Part shown: positions 36,240 to 49,760 of the stretch, piece after piece
Numbering within the stretch: the stretch's first letter is position 1
How the letters are laid out: each line of letters begins with the position of its first letter
Origin: Sminthopsis crassicaudata
Lineage: Eukaryota
Length of the DNA stretch: 64,000 nt
NCBI RefSeq assembly: GCF_048593235.1
Contig: NC_133620.1
Coordinates: 346,595,765 to 346,659,764, forward strand
Direction of reading: 5' to 3'
Made by a program: the position numbers and the translations under genes
The notes under the pieces: generated by a model
The model's input: the letters and a program-made list of their open reading frames with translations, nothing else
Databases searched by the model: none
What the model was told of the DNA's origin: nothing

Positions 36240-39200
36240 GAAGAAAAAGAAACTACCCTGCCCTATATTAAAAAGGAAGCAGCAGGAGAAATACTGCACA
36301 ATGTAACAAAAGAGACCTGGGTTGGAATTCCAGTCTGGCACCATTTGGCATCTGAAGGAGAATATAGTCACTCTGGCTTGGGGAGTCTCGGTTTTCCCAT
36401 CTTTAAAATGGAAATGAGGCTCAAACAAGATAATGTGAAAGAACATTATATCATGGTCAACTGTGGAAACAATGCCTTGTCCTGCAGGCCTCGGGACAGA
36501 AAATATGAGTTATTCTTTTGACACCCCGAGGAGGGTGTGTGTGTGCTACAGCTAGTCACTCTCCTTTTCCTTTGGGTCTTCCCTCCTCCCCAATGCCCAA
36601 TGGCATTCATTTTGGACAGCTAGTCATATGCAAAGGAACATTCTGTGGCTGGCATCACAGAACTTTTCCTCTGGGTAAACTGACCTGAAAAGAGGTCTAA
36701 ATCCAGAAAACTTGGCCTTGTAAGAGATGTGTTCTACCCACCCAACCTGGAACACAATAATGCAGACACTGTCAACATATTTTTCCTTATTTACTTCATT
36801 CATTTACATGGAGAGTCACTCTGTTCCCTAATGTTTGTCCAAATCTGTGCTGTCCATTTTAGATCAAACTCCCAGAGGGCAGAGGCCAAGTCTGTTTGTA
36901 TGGTGTCCAGTTCAGTGACATGGGCAAGAGAATGCTTAATAAACACTCTCAGATGAGAATGATGATAGAAAGATAACCAGTACTCAAGTCTTTCACTTGG
37001 GGAAATTGAGGTCCAGAGAAGACTAGAGACTTAGAAAATGATAAATCACACAATCACACTGGCGCATACTATATTGATTAATGGCTCCATAAAGACTTAG
37101 CTAGGGCAGGGGGAAGATGGCATCAATGGAAAAAAACAACAAATCAAACAATCTCCAAACTATACACAAAGTCAAGCCATAACCCACCATTCTCAAGCAA
37201 GAAGGGTAGCATTATCTGCCCCTCCATGAAGTTCACTTCCATAAATCTTCCTGGCTTTTCTCCTCTAAGACTGTCTCTGATGTTTATTTCAATCTGATCA
37301 TTTCACATGTATACAAATGTTGCCGGGAGGAGGAGCAGACAATATAATTTGTACAGGATATGTCAAAATTCTCCTTAGAGATAGTTCATTCAGTAAAGCC
37401 AAAAGTCCTGTCTGGATTGGTCTAATCACACAAAGCCTCCCCAAGGAACAAAACTCCATGAAAGTCTTGAAAGAAGCTAATCGTATGAGAGTTTGGAGAA
37501 CTAAGGATGCCTTTGGGATTATTTAGCTGAGAATAAAAAAAGACTCAGCTCCCATTTCAATAATCTCATACTCACCTATTAATGGTATCATAAGTAGAGG
37601 AAAGGATATACTGAAGTGAAAGGAGGTTTGGTATGTGTTCAGTAAGCTCATTATAGACAGGAACTATTTTCCTCAATCATTGTGTCTCTCAGACAATAGT
37701 TAAAAAAATTAATTTTTTGCCCTCAGAGAGTTTACATTCTAATCCCTTCTTCAACTTCTACCAGTCCTTTAAACTAAATCAATCATTAGTCTATTATAGT
37801 GGATAATAATGGGCATGGAAGCAGAAAGGCTTGAATTCAAATTCTTTAACTCAGTTAGAATCTAGGCAAATAACTTTAATCTTTATCAACTTCAGGCAGC
37901 TCCCCAGGATCTAACTACTAAATACAGATTATAGTGACAATTCTGGGAAAGGAGGTTCCTACTTGTAGGAAATAACAGATCTTCTGCTTTTTCATTTAGT
38001 GAAGAAAAAAAAAACCCTAGGAGAATATACTTTCATAAAATCAAGGACCTAATCTGTTAATGTAGGTCTAGGAGACTACCCAGTGAAGTGGGTCATAATC
38101 GAAAGCCTGTCTTTTCCCTCAAGTCAGACCCTCAAGAAGGCCACATGTAGATACCACACAGTACCACAACTCTGCTCGCCTCCTCTGGTTTGCATCAAGT
38201 CCCAGGTAAAATCCCACCTTCTACAGAAAGCTTTTCCCTAAACTCTTAATTCTAATGCCTTCTCTCCATTGTGTATTTGCAATTTATCCTGTATATAGCC
38301 AGTCAATCTGGATTTGCAGTTCTAGAAATTGAAGTCCTAAGGACCAGGGATATAGCCAGATAAGTTTACTATGTGTACTGAGGCAGCCCCAAGGCATTAG
38401 CACCAGCAATAATGAGTTACATTAAGCCCTTGGGGACAGTCTCTGGGATTCCCCAGATCTTGGAGAGGGAGAAAAAAAAGAGGGAAGGAGCACTAAGTGT
38501 GATGAATAAGGGGAGTAAGAAATCCACAAAGGGAGGCAGCCTTACACCACCAGAGAGCCACAATGAGGATTAGTAAGTAGTATTCCCTCAGACTAGGCCT
38601 GCCAGTGCTATCCAAAAATTACCTTGTTAGTTTTTAATCGGCCTAAGCAGATGAGGAAAGGAGTCCTCTCTATTGCTTTTGAAAAACCCCTAGGAAGAAA
38701 ATACTTAGTTATTTAGAATCACAGAATGTCAAAGACAGAAGGGACCATAGATATTAATTAGTCCAACTGTCTTATTTTATAGGTGAGAAAAATAAAACCA
38801 TGAAAATTAAAATGAGTCTACTCCAAACTTTTTTGTTCAGGGCTCACAAGCCTTACTTAACCCAGGTTCTTTCTTATATCTAACTAAATATCCTCCACAA
38901 CTGCTTACAAGTATTTTTCCAACCAAAGATTTCAGCCAGAGTAAGAGAACTTTTCTCCCTGTTTTATATGTAATATCATTTTCAAAGGTCATTCACTGAA
39001 AATATCTACAACCGAATAAATGGATTCAAAGTTGACAGGAATACATGTATTGGGGTCTGGTATTTATATGAATTTGGAATCAATATCAGGCACCTTTCTT
39101 TGTGCTTAGAATCAGAACCAGGAAATTAGACCCTTATGTTTATAAAATTTCTGTCCTTTCCCTTTTGTGGTTTTGAATCAAATTCAATTTCTTCCTACCT

Positions 39201-39671
39201 TCTAAGTTTCACTTCCCAGGGTTTCTTTGCTCCTGGGAAGCAGCACCTGTGCTGAAAAGACTTGTGTGAAAGAGGGTGACTTAAGGATAGGAAAATATGA
39301 AATGTACTTTTAATAAAAGGATACTGGGTGAGAATTCCAAATGCAAAAGGGCCAATCAGACTCTTGAGTAGGAAAACTTCAAGGAAGCTTTGAATAGAGA
39401 TGGGGAAAGGAGATGTTGATCTTGATGACTTCAACTTACCAATACTCTTTCTTCTAAGTAACTACACCTTTGTTCCTTATATATATCTATATACGTATAT
39501 ATGTGTGCATATTAAATTCAACTCACTTGCATTTCTTTGCATTGTTTCCCTGAAATCATTTTCTTCAAGAACATAGAACAAAAACATACATATACATATC
39601 TAATTCTATACTGGACCCTTTGTTCTGAAGGTAGATAATTTTGTTATCTCATTATTATCTTATTAATTTCT

Positions 39672-39809
39672 TTCTTTCTTTCTTTTTTTTTTTTTTTTGG
39701 AGGCTGGGGCTAAGTGACTTGCCCAGGATCACACAGCTAGGCAGATTTGAACTCGGGTCCTCCTGAATTCAGGGCTGGTGCTCTATCCACTGCGCCACCT
39801 AGCTGCCCC
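39672..39809 (-). mobile_element. Young WSINE1-type SINE with internal deletion and perfect 17-bp TSD
   Basis: ttatcttattaatttct at 39655-39671 and 39810-39826. Confidence 0.95.
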
Positions 39810-40139
39810 TTATCTTATTAATTTCTAACAATGAATTAGTAATGTGGCCAATATTAGCTGTGTGACCTGCTTTAAACACTAATAATTCTTAAAGCAGAAG
39901 AGGACAACCAAGCTCAACCCTAGTTTCACAATTCCAGGATGCCATTCCCTCGCTAGGATTTCCCTATTATCTCCTCGAGCCCACAGGGAGTCTTCTCTGT
40001 ATAGACTGTACGAAGCTGCTCAGGGCAGCTAGGAAGTTCGTGGGATAAATGTTGGGCCTGGAGAAAGGAAGACCTAGGTCCAATGTGGCCTGATAGTTAC
40101 TGGCTGGACCCCGGGCAAGCCACTACCTTGTTTGTCTTA

Positions 40140-40365
40140 ATGTTGTTGTTTGCCCTTCGTTCTCCCACAGGACCATAAAAGCAGGGAGGTGATTGCATGA
40201 ATGGGACTGAAGCGAGGGAGGGCCGTGCAAGGTCACTGCCTCCCTTTCCCCTCCAGAGCCCTCTGGCACCAGTGGCCAGATAGAGATCAGGACGCCTGGA
40301 GATGGCCCCGATGAAACGAGGACCTGGGTCTTCTTAAACTAAGGTCTTCACCAGGTCTCAGGAAA
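40140..40365. mobile_element. RTE-derived marsupial repeat in the CpG shore
   Basis: Homologous to 4045-4222, with CpGs retained. Confidence 0.5.
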
Positions 40366-40819
40366 TGCCAAGAAAGCCCACTACCAGAATTGGCCGTATT
40401 ACGGTGCCCAAGGTCACAAAGGGTTGGACGTGACCTCGAGTCTTCCCTCTTCGGGGCAAGGGACTGTTATTTAAGCTTCACTTTCGTGCGTGCATCTCCG
40501 ATGGGCTGGGCTAGACTGCAGGCTCTCTGAGGGGCAGGACCCAGTCTTCTCGGCTTCTACTTAGAAGATTCAGAAACAAAGCCTTGCACACACTAGGTGC
40601 TCAATAAATACCGGTCTAATTAGAAGCACTAATTTCACGCTCGCTCTCAACCCTCCCCAAAGCTCCATTTTCCTGTCCTTAACCCTTTTCCTCCCCTCTC
40701 TCTCATTCCACACCCTAATCCTCCAAAGTCCCACTTTTGGAACCTTCCTCTTCCCTCACGCCCCCAGTGACCACTCCCCTCTTGCTCCAGTGACCACCCT
40801 CCTCCTCAAGGGAGGGTGG

Positions 40820-40831
40820 TGCGCATGCGCA
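40820..40831. promoter_or_regulatory. NRF1 site (perfect palindrome TGCGCATGCGCA)
   Basis: Exact consensus match. Confidence 0.85.
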
Positions 40832-40979
40832 GTTGTCGCTTTTACCTGGGAGCTGGAGAGTGGGAGGAGGGGGTGCGGGCGGGGGTGGAGTAGGGAGTTG
40901 GCGGTTATCTAGGCGGCGGAGCGTTCACTTTGTGGCAGGAGAGAGAGAAAAGGTGCGCCCGGGCCAGCCCCAGAGGGGC

Positions 40980-40991
40980 CGCGCATGCGCA
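40980..40991. promoter_or_regulatory. Second NRF1 site (CGCGCATGCGCA)
   Basis: Consensus YGCGCATGCGCR. Confidence 0.8.
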
Positions 40992-41244
40992 CTGGGGCTA
41001 TACAACGGTGGGGATGCCAAAGAGGGGGGTGAGTGGGAGGGAGGTGTTGGAATCACTCTTTGCGGGGGGGGGCAGTGAGGAGGGGAGGGAAGGGAAGGGG
41101 GAAGGCACTCGTGCTGCCTCTCGAGCTCCCTCCCCTCTCCACATACACACACATACACGCGAACACCCCCCCCCCCCCCGCCCCTTCCCTCCCCGCGCGC
41201 CCGCCCCGCCGGCCCCCGCTCGCCCTCGCGCGCTCGGAAGGGAG

Positions 41245-41252
41245 TCGCGAGA
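41245..41252. promoter_or_regulatory. CGCG element (TCTCGCGA on minus strand; BANP-type motif)
   Basis: TCGCGAGA next to ETS CGGAAG (41235-41240), near the probable TSS. Confidence 0.55.
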
Positions 41253-41280
41253 CGTCGGAGCGGCGGCCACGTAGCGCTGC

Positions 41281-41304
41281 GGCGGCGGCGGCGGCGGCGG
41301 CGGC
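41281..41304 (+). repeat. (GGC)8 trinucleotide repeat in the probable 5' UTR
   Basis: Direct count. Confidence 0.95.
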
Positions 41305-41458
41305 CCGGACTGAAGAGCGGCCCTCACCAGAGAGCCTGTTGGGGAGTGAAGGGAAAGGAAGCGAAGAGAAGGGAGGGGAGGGGGGAGGGGCCGGCCCGGG
41401 GCGGGCGGGCGGTGGTTACTCGAGCGAGCGCCTCGGCGACAGGCCCCCTGCCGCAGGG

Positions 41459-41505
41459 ATGGACCGCGGAGGCGGTGGCGGAGGCGGCGCAGGCGGCCGG
41501 CCCGG
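41459..41505 (+). CDS. Probable coding (or uORF) part of exon 1 of an unidentified gene: MDRGGGGGGGAGGRP, phase 2
   Basis: First ATG after about 41240, Kozak GGGATGG (G at -3 and +4), followed by CGG|GTGAGT donor. Confidence 0.55.
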
Positions 41506-44500
41506 GTGAGTACGGACGGGCCCCTTCCCGCCCCCACCGCAGCCCGCGGCTCGGCCCTTCCCGGCAGCACCCTTCCTCCCCCGTCGCCCCTCCTCTCCCC
41601 CTCCCCCCGGGATCAGGCCTGGCTCCGGGGGCCGGGTTAACCCTTTCCTGAGGCGGCCGCTGCGCGCACTAGGCCGGAGAGGTCCCCGCCCCGTGGGGAG
41701 GCCCCGGGCGCTTCCATGACGGGGGTGTGGGGGTGGTTGGGGGGCGCCGGGCTCTCCTTCCCACCTCCCCGCCTGGAAGCGAGCTTGGCTCCAGTTTGTA
41801 CGGCCAGCTCGCGGCCCCGGAATCCCGTAGGGGGGAGGCGAAGGCGGGGGGGGCATAGGTTGTGAGAATTGGGGGTGGGCGGGGGAGGGGTTGCACCAGG
41901 TCCGTTTGCTAGCATTCTCCTGGCTCTGCAGCGGGTGGTTTGCACCTCTGCCTTCTCCGCCTTGGGGTTGATTGCAGACCTCGCTCCTGGAATATTGTGC
42001 CTGTGCCATTGGGATAGAAAATGCATCCCCGACACCGAACTCACCCCAGTGGGTGACGCACCCCTCCCCCCAACCTGGCTCCACGTAGGTTGCCCGAGTG
42101 GAGACTGAAGGTAGTAGTGTCACCCTCGGCTACTTTCCTCCCACACCATGTGCACTGTCAAAGGATGCCTGGAGTGGATCAGGTGCCTCTGGATTCCTGT
42201 GCATAGAGCAATCCACAGGCAACCGTCACATTTCTCCGAATTCGTTATCTGGCAGTGCAAGATCCCTTATTCTCTTCGGGACTAAGTGCTGGATCTGTTG
42301 CTCGTACAAATCACCTTGAATTCCCGATTCCTGAAAAGCCTCGGTTACGGAAGAGCCAGGTCGGGGGAGGAGTGGGGTCGTGTAGGATGCCTGGGCTTCG
42401 GAATCTGTTGGAGTTTGCTTTGCTGTTGGGAAGATGCTACCTCTCTTCTGCCAGTTTCTTAGGCTGCTTCTCTTGAGTGGATTTGTTTTTCCTTACATCT
42501 CACCCCAGAGTGAGGGATCATTGTCAGTCTGCCTTGTGCTGTCTTTGATGGATCTCTTGAATGCCTCAGCCATACCCTAGTGATGAAAATATAAGAAAAG
42601 ATGATTATGGCAATGCATAGTATTTCCGTCTGATTCGGAGGCATTTTGTGTTTTTAGGAAAAAAAAAAAAATCCTTTCACATTGAACATTTATAGGCCAG
42701 AGATAGGGAATGTGTGGGTAATGTTTTGAGGGAGAATATATGTGTCTGTTTGGGGAAGATGTTCAAACCCTTTATTGTTCTGGGAATGGCAACTGGCACA
42801 TGCTTTGTTGACAGAGGTAGATGCACTATGAATGAGGAGGAGCTGCTGCTGAGCTGTGTGTACTGAATAGGAGGGATGTTGTAAAGGAAGATCGATTTTT
42901 GAATGATGAGTTACATCACGTCAGTTGAGATGTTCTCATCTTAACTGTGAACTTGTACTTAAGACAGTCTTGTGAGGCATGTGTATAATATCTGAGTACA
43001 ATTGAATCCCAATGATTATGGAAGTATCTCTTTCTGGAAGTCACATCAATTGCATTATTTTTTTAAAGTATCTGTTTTACTTTGTAGCTTTCTGGATAAT
43101 AAATAATATGGATTAGATACTTTTTAAAACCTGCATATTAATTAGCTATTGATTTTCAAATGAAAATACAAAAAAAAAATGTTTATAAGAAATACCAAGA
43201 AAAGTTATAGAAGTCAAAACAATTTATGTAGATATTAGTAGCTTGATAAATATGTGAAATCTGCTTCTTTTTGAGTATGAGAATTTGTGACCTATTTTGC
43301 AATGCTTAAGAGGAGTCTGTAATTTGTTGACTTGAAATTGGTTACTCTTAATTTGTTCAAAAAGAGGCTATCTGTCTTATGGCAATGTATTTGGTTTTCT
43401 AAGAGTTTTCCACAGCTTTATTAAATATAGTTTTAGATTACTTCGGGGGATTTTTATTTCTGAATGTAGCCATTTGAATCATTTCTTGATTATTCAGGAA
43501 TTTGAGTTAATTACCTATAAATGGTACCAAGTATCAACAGTTTTGATTGGTATGTAAATGAACGGGGGGAAAATGCTTTTTAGTGATGGATTTGAGATAA
43601 TGGTAAGGGAATTTAGATTCATGCTTAGAGTTTACCCACACCTAGGAATTGAATATTATTAATTCATGCCTTTTTGTGTAATGTCATGAACCATCTAGAA
43701 GAATTTGTGAAATTTTCAACCACATTGAATATTGTTCTGAAAATTGTCATGTTAAACATGGTTCCAATTTATTACTAGCTTGCAATTCTTACAATATTAT
43801 TCAATTGAAAATTTAGGAATCCTTTGATTTCTTGGGGGTTTATTTTATTATGGCAGGGTTCTTAAATGTAAGGTTTTGATCATGATTTTAATCAGATCTT
43901 AAAGGCAAGAGATCCTGTGTGAGTCTTAATTTTAAAAATTACTTTCACATATCTAAAGAATGCTGTTTATCCCAACAAACCACCAATAATTAGCTAATTA
44001 ATATGAGGCAGTAAAGTCAAGTGGCATGTTGCTGGTACAACTATCACAGCTTTAAAAAACCATTATTTTATAAACATGTTTTAATGGGTTGGGATATCAG
44101 CTGCATTGTGTTCTTTGTTTATGTCACACCTTCAGTTTTACTGCAGAAGATAGTTTCAGGCAGTCAAATAATTTCAAATTTTCCAGCATGTTTTTTTTTT
44201 TTTTTTTTTTTTTTTTTTTGGTTGTTGGCATAGTATAATGACAGCCTGTTGAGAACATTAAAATCTCAGGGGAGTATGTGCTTCCTTGGTTTAATATTGC
44301 AGAACCTCTTGTAGCCATTCACTTACCTAGTTAAACACCCACACACCACAGAGCAGCTGATCATATAACATGTATGGCTGTGAGAACAGCAGTTTCTTTG
44401 CCAGGTTAGAGCTTAGAAACTGGAAAACAATTGCATAGCAGTGAAACTCTTGAGATAGTAGTAGTGCCAGCAGCTCACTCTCATTAATACAAACAGCTTG

Positions 44501-47500
44501 CCTTAGTTTCTTTGACACTCTCTTCTTCAGACACCCTTCCCTTAGGAGGTTTCAGATCAGCAGCTCCTACTCAGAGAAACAACACCTACTTTCTGCAAAC
44601 TGTGGTCTCAGATTTGATTTAGTGCAGTACAAGATTGTTTCCATTTTGCTCTCTGAGTTTTGGAAGTAGTATGGTAAGAAAATAACTTCTCAACTCTATA
44701 GAAAAGAAAGTAATGTTTTTGTAACTTTTTGAAGCATAGTGTACTAAGCGGCAATATTAGCAAGAAATTGATTATCCATTCTGAAGGGTTTGTTTGTTTG
44801 TTTTAATAATTTAGTGCAGGAAATCTGGATAGACCTTTAGTTTCATTTCCTCTGGGCTAAAAAGTCAGTTGTGTTACTGCCAAAAAGATTACTACATTTT
44901 CTCATATTTGAGAATGAATCTTAGGGGGACTACTTTGCATTTCCTCACAGAGATTGAATATCTTGTGTTAACCATTTAAGATGAATTTCTTGTCAGCTGT
45001 CAGATATCCAAATATCAAATAGATAATTCAAAATTTGAGTTTTGTTCTGGTAAAGAGGTTAGTGAAAAATCTTTTGTGGGCAGGAGGATGGGAATGTTTA
45101 AGTGTCTTTGCAAGTGATCTAATGGGATGGAATTATAGTTTATTTTGGCTCTCTAACAGGCAATAGATTTATAGGGTAAAAGCCTATGATCCGCATACCT
45201 TCCATTATGCAGATTTGGGACACAAAGAGTTGCAAATATTTGACTTGGAGCATAACTGAATCTTGCAGGTGCTTTTTGGAACTTTGATTTGTTGCTCCAT
45301 GGCTGGCTGATCTTGGTGGAGACAATAAAACTCTGCTCCAAATTCTACAGTGTTACCCACAGGCAGTGCTTGTTTAAGCCTATTCAGAGCTTATGTGGTG
45401 AAAGGGGTGTTTTAGGACATTAACATGTCTCAATGAGTTCTGTGTCCAGAGCTGAATCACGTGGAGAGCCTTGTGTAAATTTTCGTGGTTAATGCAGGCA
45501 GTAGAGTGTTTAGGAAAATCGGTAGAGAGACATAAGACACTTACTTTACAAATAATCTGTTTTTTGATATAGGATTGCTTATATCAGTGTTTTCAATTTA
45601 AAACATACTTATGACAATATGCTGTTATTGAACTACTATTGCCTACCAAGGTTTCTCAGCATAAATTCCAGTTTCCAGAATATAGAGTGAAATACTGTAG
45701 CCTTTTTGCTTTAATATAGAGAAGATGGGGAAAAGAAAACCTTAACCTACCAACATTCTAACAGCCCTTCCTTAAATTAGCTATGTGGGTAATATATTTT
45801 TTCCTATCTTTTATTCTAGTGATGAATGCAATTTTATGATAAAATTTTACATTAAATTTATTTTTTTCCCCTGTAATTCAAGAACGACTATGCAGTAGAT
45901 TGAAAATTGCATTTGAGGACACAAGAAGTTTTTATTCCATGAAATTGCTTTTAAACCAGGATTTCTGTAGGATTGAATTATTTTTTATTTGTTGTATATT
46001 TTTATCCTGACTAATGCCACTGAAACCACAAAAGTTCCTAGGGACTTCTTTTTGTGATGGTATGCATTTAGTTTCATTGCAATAGGATCTACTTTTTCTT
46101 TGTTACTGGAATTGCTTAGAAACTTTTAAACCAGTTACCTTAGTACATAATAAATAGTGGGCTTTTACCACAGTGCTTTCCCATTCAGCTTAGTTTTAAT
46201 AGAATACTTTCCAAAACTTTAAGCAAGATCAAAATAATAGAACAAAAACATAACACTGTGTGTTAGTTCAATTCAATAAACATTTATTAAGTGCCCACTA
46301 TTTGTTAATAAGTACACAGATACTAGGCCTTAGACATGTGAATATGGTTTAAAACAGATTCTTCTCTAAAAGACTTTACATTTTCAAAGAAGGACAGAAG
46401 GAAACACAAACATCTACTATGTGGAGATATTTTATTTGAAATTCACCACAACCCTGTGAGGTACAATGTCTGTTTTATAGTTGACAAAATGGGCAATTGC
46501 GCAGTGTCATATAGCTAATAAGTTTCTGAGGCTGGATTTGATCTCATGTAGAAGAAATGAAGCTGAGATATATTTATAATATGGAACATTAGAAAATGTT
46601 TAGTAAAAAAGAAGTTAACTAGAATATTATAAGAAATTAAAGAGAGCCTTTTCTTGTACTTGGGGAACCAGAGAGTTTCATAAACTATCTAAGTGATTGA
46701 ATGAATTAAATGTTTTTTGTTGTTATTGTTGTTGTTGTTATTATTGTTTTTTAAATGCACTTGCCAAGTAATTCTAAATGTTTAGTTTATGGTGTATCTG
46801 CCCCTCCTTGTTTACTGCCTTTTCTTTGCTGCACTAAGTTCAAGTGAATTTGTTTCTTCTGATGTGTTAAATTTTCAGGCACCAATGAGCAATTATGAGA
46901 AGGAATCGTTTGGAAGGAAGAGTTGGTAATAGAAAAGAATAATTAGTTACATTGCTTAATTTTTTCAAGTGTAAATGGGAGTGATATCTTAAGTTTGACT
47001 CACTTAAGTTTCCTGGATTCCTTTGCCTATTACTAGGTACAGAACTACAGGTTTTAAGTCTCTCTTATATATGAGTAAGGATTGTAGGAAGAAAGAATAA
47101 AAAAATCACAAATTTGAATACAGTGGCAATCATCAGATTTCCTTTTGGACCTTATTGGAACTGTTTTTCTGTGCTTTATCACAAGTTATTTAAGTACATT
47201 TTAGCATGTAGTTCAGTTTGACAAGCATTTATTAAGCATCTATTGCCAAATACTATGCTTGAATACTGAAGACACAGAGACAAAAAAGAAAAATGGTTTT
47301 TGCCTTAAAAGACCTTAGAGTGGTATGCATATTAACTGGGACAAAGTAAAAATAATTATTGGCTTATACAGTAAACTTTGCTACTTTTTATATCTGAATC
47401 TAGCTTTGCTAGATTTTCTTTGGGGTTTAAATCAAATTCTCCAGCCATTGAAACATGTTTATCTCTATTTCTTGGATTCAGTTTTTAACCTTTTAATGAC

Positions 47501-47696
47501 ATGTGACATGTACAAGACTGCGTGGCAATATTTCATCTCCATTTGAGAATTTCTTTAATGCTGGAAAAATTCTACTTCTCTGTATATTACTATATTTATC
47601 GGAGCTCATTCTCTTTTTAGAGACAAGATTTCTAGACCTATTGGAAGTGGGAAAAAAACCTCTAAAATACTTTTTTGTTGGGTATTTTATAGTCTA

Positions 47697-47856
47697 GGGG
47701 GCAGCTAGGTGGCACAGTGGATAGAGCACCAGCCTTGAATTCAGGAGGACCCCGAGTTCAAATCTGTTCTCAGACACTTAACACTTCCTAGCTGTGACCC
47801 TGGGCAAGTCACTTAACCCCAGCCTCAGGAAAAAAAAGGAAAAAAGAAAAAAGAAA
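47697..47856 (+). mobile_element. Young WSINE1-type SINE with TSD
   Basis: gggtattttatagt at 47680-47693 and 47857-47870. Confidence 0.95.
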
Positions 47857-48134
47857 GGGTATTTTATAGTATAATGAAGACTAACATATCTTAGAGATTC
47901 ACTTGAACTTCTTGACAGTGGTTTTGGTATTCTCCTAAATAAAAAACTGAATTTCATCATAAAAAATACTTTTTACCAATCTTCAGTGTTTTAGGGTTTT
48001 TTTTGTTTTTGTTTTTTACATTTTATTGTCTTGTCCATGACAAGCTTTTTTTCTTCATAGCAATGGTTGACATCTTTTTTTTTTTTAATTGGTTTTCCTA
48101 CTGTTCTTCCAACTTCAAGAACCCCACATCTATC

Positions 48135-49760
48135 AAAGTGTGGTCTGAGGATCCCTATAAGACCCTGAAGCCATTTCTTTTTTAAACCCTTTAGGTAAAA
48201 ACTATTTTTATTATAATACTAAAGTTATTTGCTTTTTTTTTTTTTTTTTTTACTTTCATTCATTTACAAGAATGCAGTGGAATTTTCCAAAGAACATATG
48301 ACCTGAGAATTACAAATTTAGTTGCAAACATGAAAACTGAGTTAATGTCTTTTTGAAGAATTGCATTATTTGCCTTACAAGGCAAATCTATAGATGGGGC
48401 TGGATTTACTGTTTTGATTGTATTTGTCCAATTTCAGCACCACCTAACCATCTAAGAATTTCTTTTATGCCAATGCCTGACAGCAAACACATGTGATGTT
48501 GAAATATTTAAAATATTGAATAGCTTTTTTGAATCTCTTGGTTTATCCTGGAACAACTTATGTTGATACTTTGTACTGTGCGTTAAAATTGATGGTGACA
48601 CTACTGATGTTTTAACACCGATCCAAAGCAATGACACCAAACTGTACTAGTGGTCATCGTATTCTTCAATCCCAACTTTAAAAGAAAAACACAAGTTTTA
48701 CTTAAAGATATCCTTAATCATTAATATGGATTACTTGCCATCTAGGGAAGAAGGAGAAAATTTAGAACACAAGGCTATGCAAGGGTCAATGTTGAAATAT
48801 TATCTGTCCATATGTTTTGAAAATAAAAAGCTTTAATAAAAAATTTATTATTCCAAAGACACACAAAAAATAAAGATATCCTTAATGAAGCAATAAAAAT
48901 GAATAATTTTATTAAATCTCAACCGTTAAAACATGTTTTTAATGTTTTACTTGACAAAATGAGAAAATTGGATAAAGCATTTCTTTAAGTAGCATATTTC
49001 AAGGAAAAAGCAGTTGTATGATTATATGAGTTATAATCTAATCTAGCCACTTTTTTTCATGGACAACACTTTTACTTGAAAGAATGATTGATTTGTCAGA
49101 CATTTTCTCAAATGACCCTGTTACTTCAAAGAAAATAACTGGCAGTATTTGTTGCCAGTGATAAAATTTGAACTTTGAAGTGAAATTTAAACTTTGATAC
49201 TGATATTAATGAATGATTCTTTAAAATATTGTATAATGAAATAGGTCCACATTTAGAAGAGCTGTATATTTCAGTGAACTAATGTTTTCAAAATGACAAT
49301 TTATAGTGTCACAACATTGTGCATGATTAAAAAATTCATTCAAAGTGCAAATGTATCAGTGGATTTTAATTTCACAGTACAAGAATCTCATTTGGTTTCA
49401 CATTCCACATTACAACTTACATTTAAGGGGGGCCAGCTAGGTGGCGCAGTGGATAGAGCACCAGCCCTGAATTCAGGAGGACCGGAGTTCAAATATGGTC
49501 TCAGACACTTAACACTTCCTAGCTGTGTGACCCTGGGCTAGTCACTTAACTCCAGCCTCAGAAAAAAAAAACAAAAAAACAAAAAACAACAACAACAACC
49601 AAAAAAACCTTACATTTAAGAAACTATCACTTGTTGAGTTTTGGTGGAATATCATAGAGGAGTATCTATATTATGTGAAAAGGATATTAAAATTCTCCTT
49701 TTCCCAACAGAATGTTTTAGTAAGGGCAGATTTTTTTCACATTATTTCAACCAGTCAATT
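48135..49760 (+). mobile_element. Charlie1-type hAT transposon relic (5' end plus transposase remnant), with L1 scrap and SINE inside
   Basis: aaagtgtggtctgaggatccc head; transposase-like tttttttcatggacaacacttttacttgaaagaatga...cagtatttgttgccagtgataaaatt at 48900-49760. Confidence 0.75.
49428..49608 (+). mobile_element. Young WSINE1-type SINE nested in Charlie1, 12-bp TSD
   Basis: cttacatttaag at 49416-49427 and 49609-49620. Confidence 0.95.

Larger units (their letters stand above)
40800..41900 (+). promoter_or_regulatory. CpG-island promoter (shore extends to about 42400)
   Basis: Very high GC and CpG density, GC boxes, NRF1, ETS and CGCG motifs, no TATA box, and a first-exon donor. Confidence 0.95.

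Noticed and set aside
41240-41505. Assigning a gene symbol to the CpG-island gene
   Set aside because: Only 15 low-complexity codons are visible, and I do not recognise the leader sequence.
40833-42123. Long overlapping ORFs (up to 235 aa) on both strands of the CpG island
   Set aside because: Stop codons are rare at this GC content; translations are low-complexity G/P/A/R, and a splice donor interrupts the + frame.
45175-45259. Possible exon 2 (VKAYDPHTFHYADLGHKELQIFDLEHN*) in phase with exon 1
   Set aside because: Weak acceptor, early stop and no recognisable homology.
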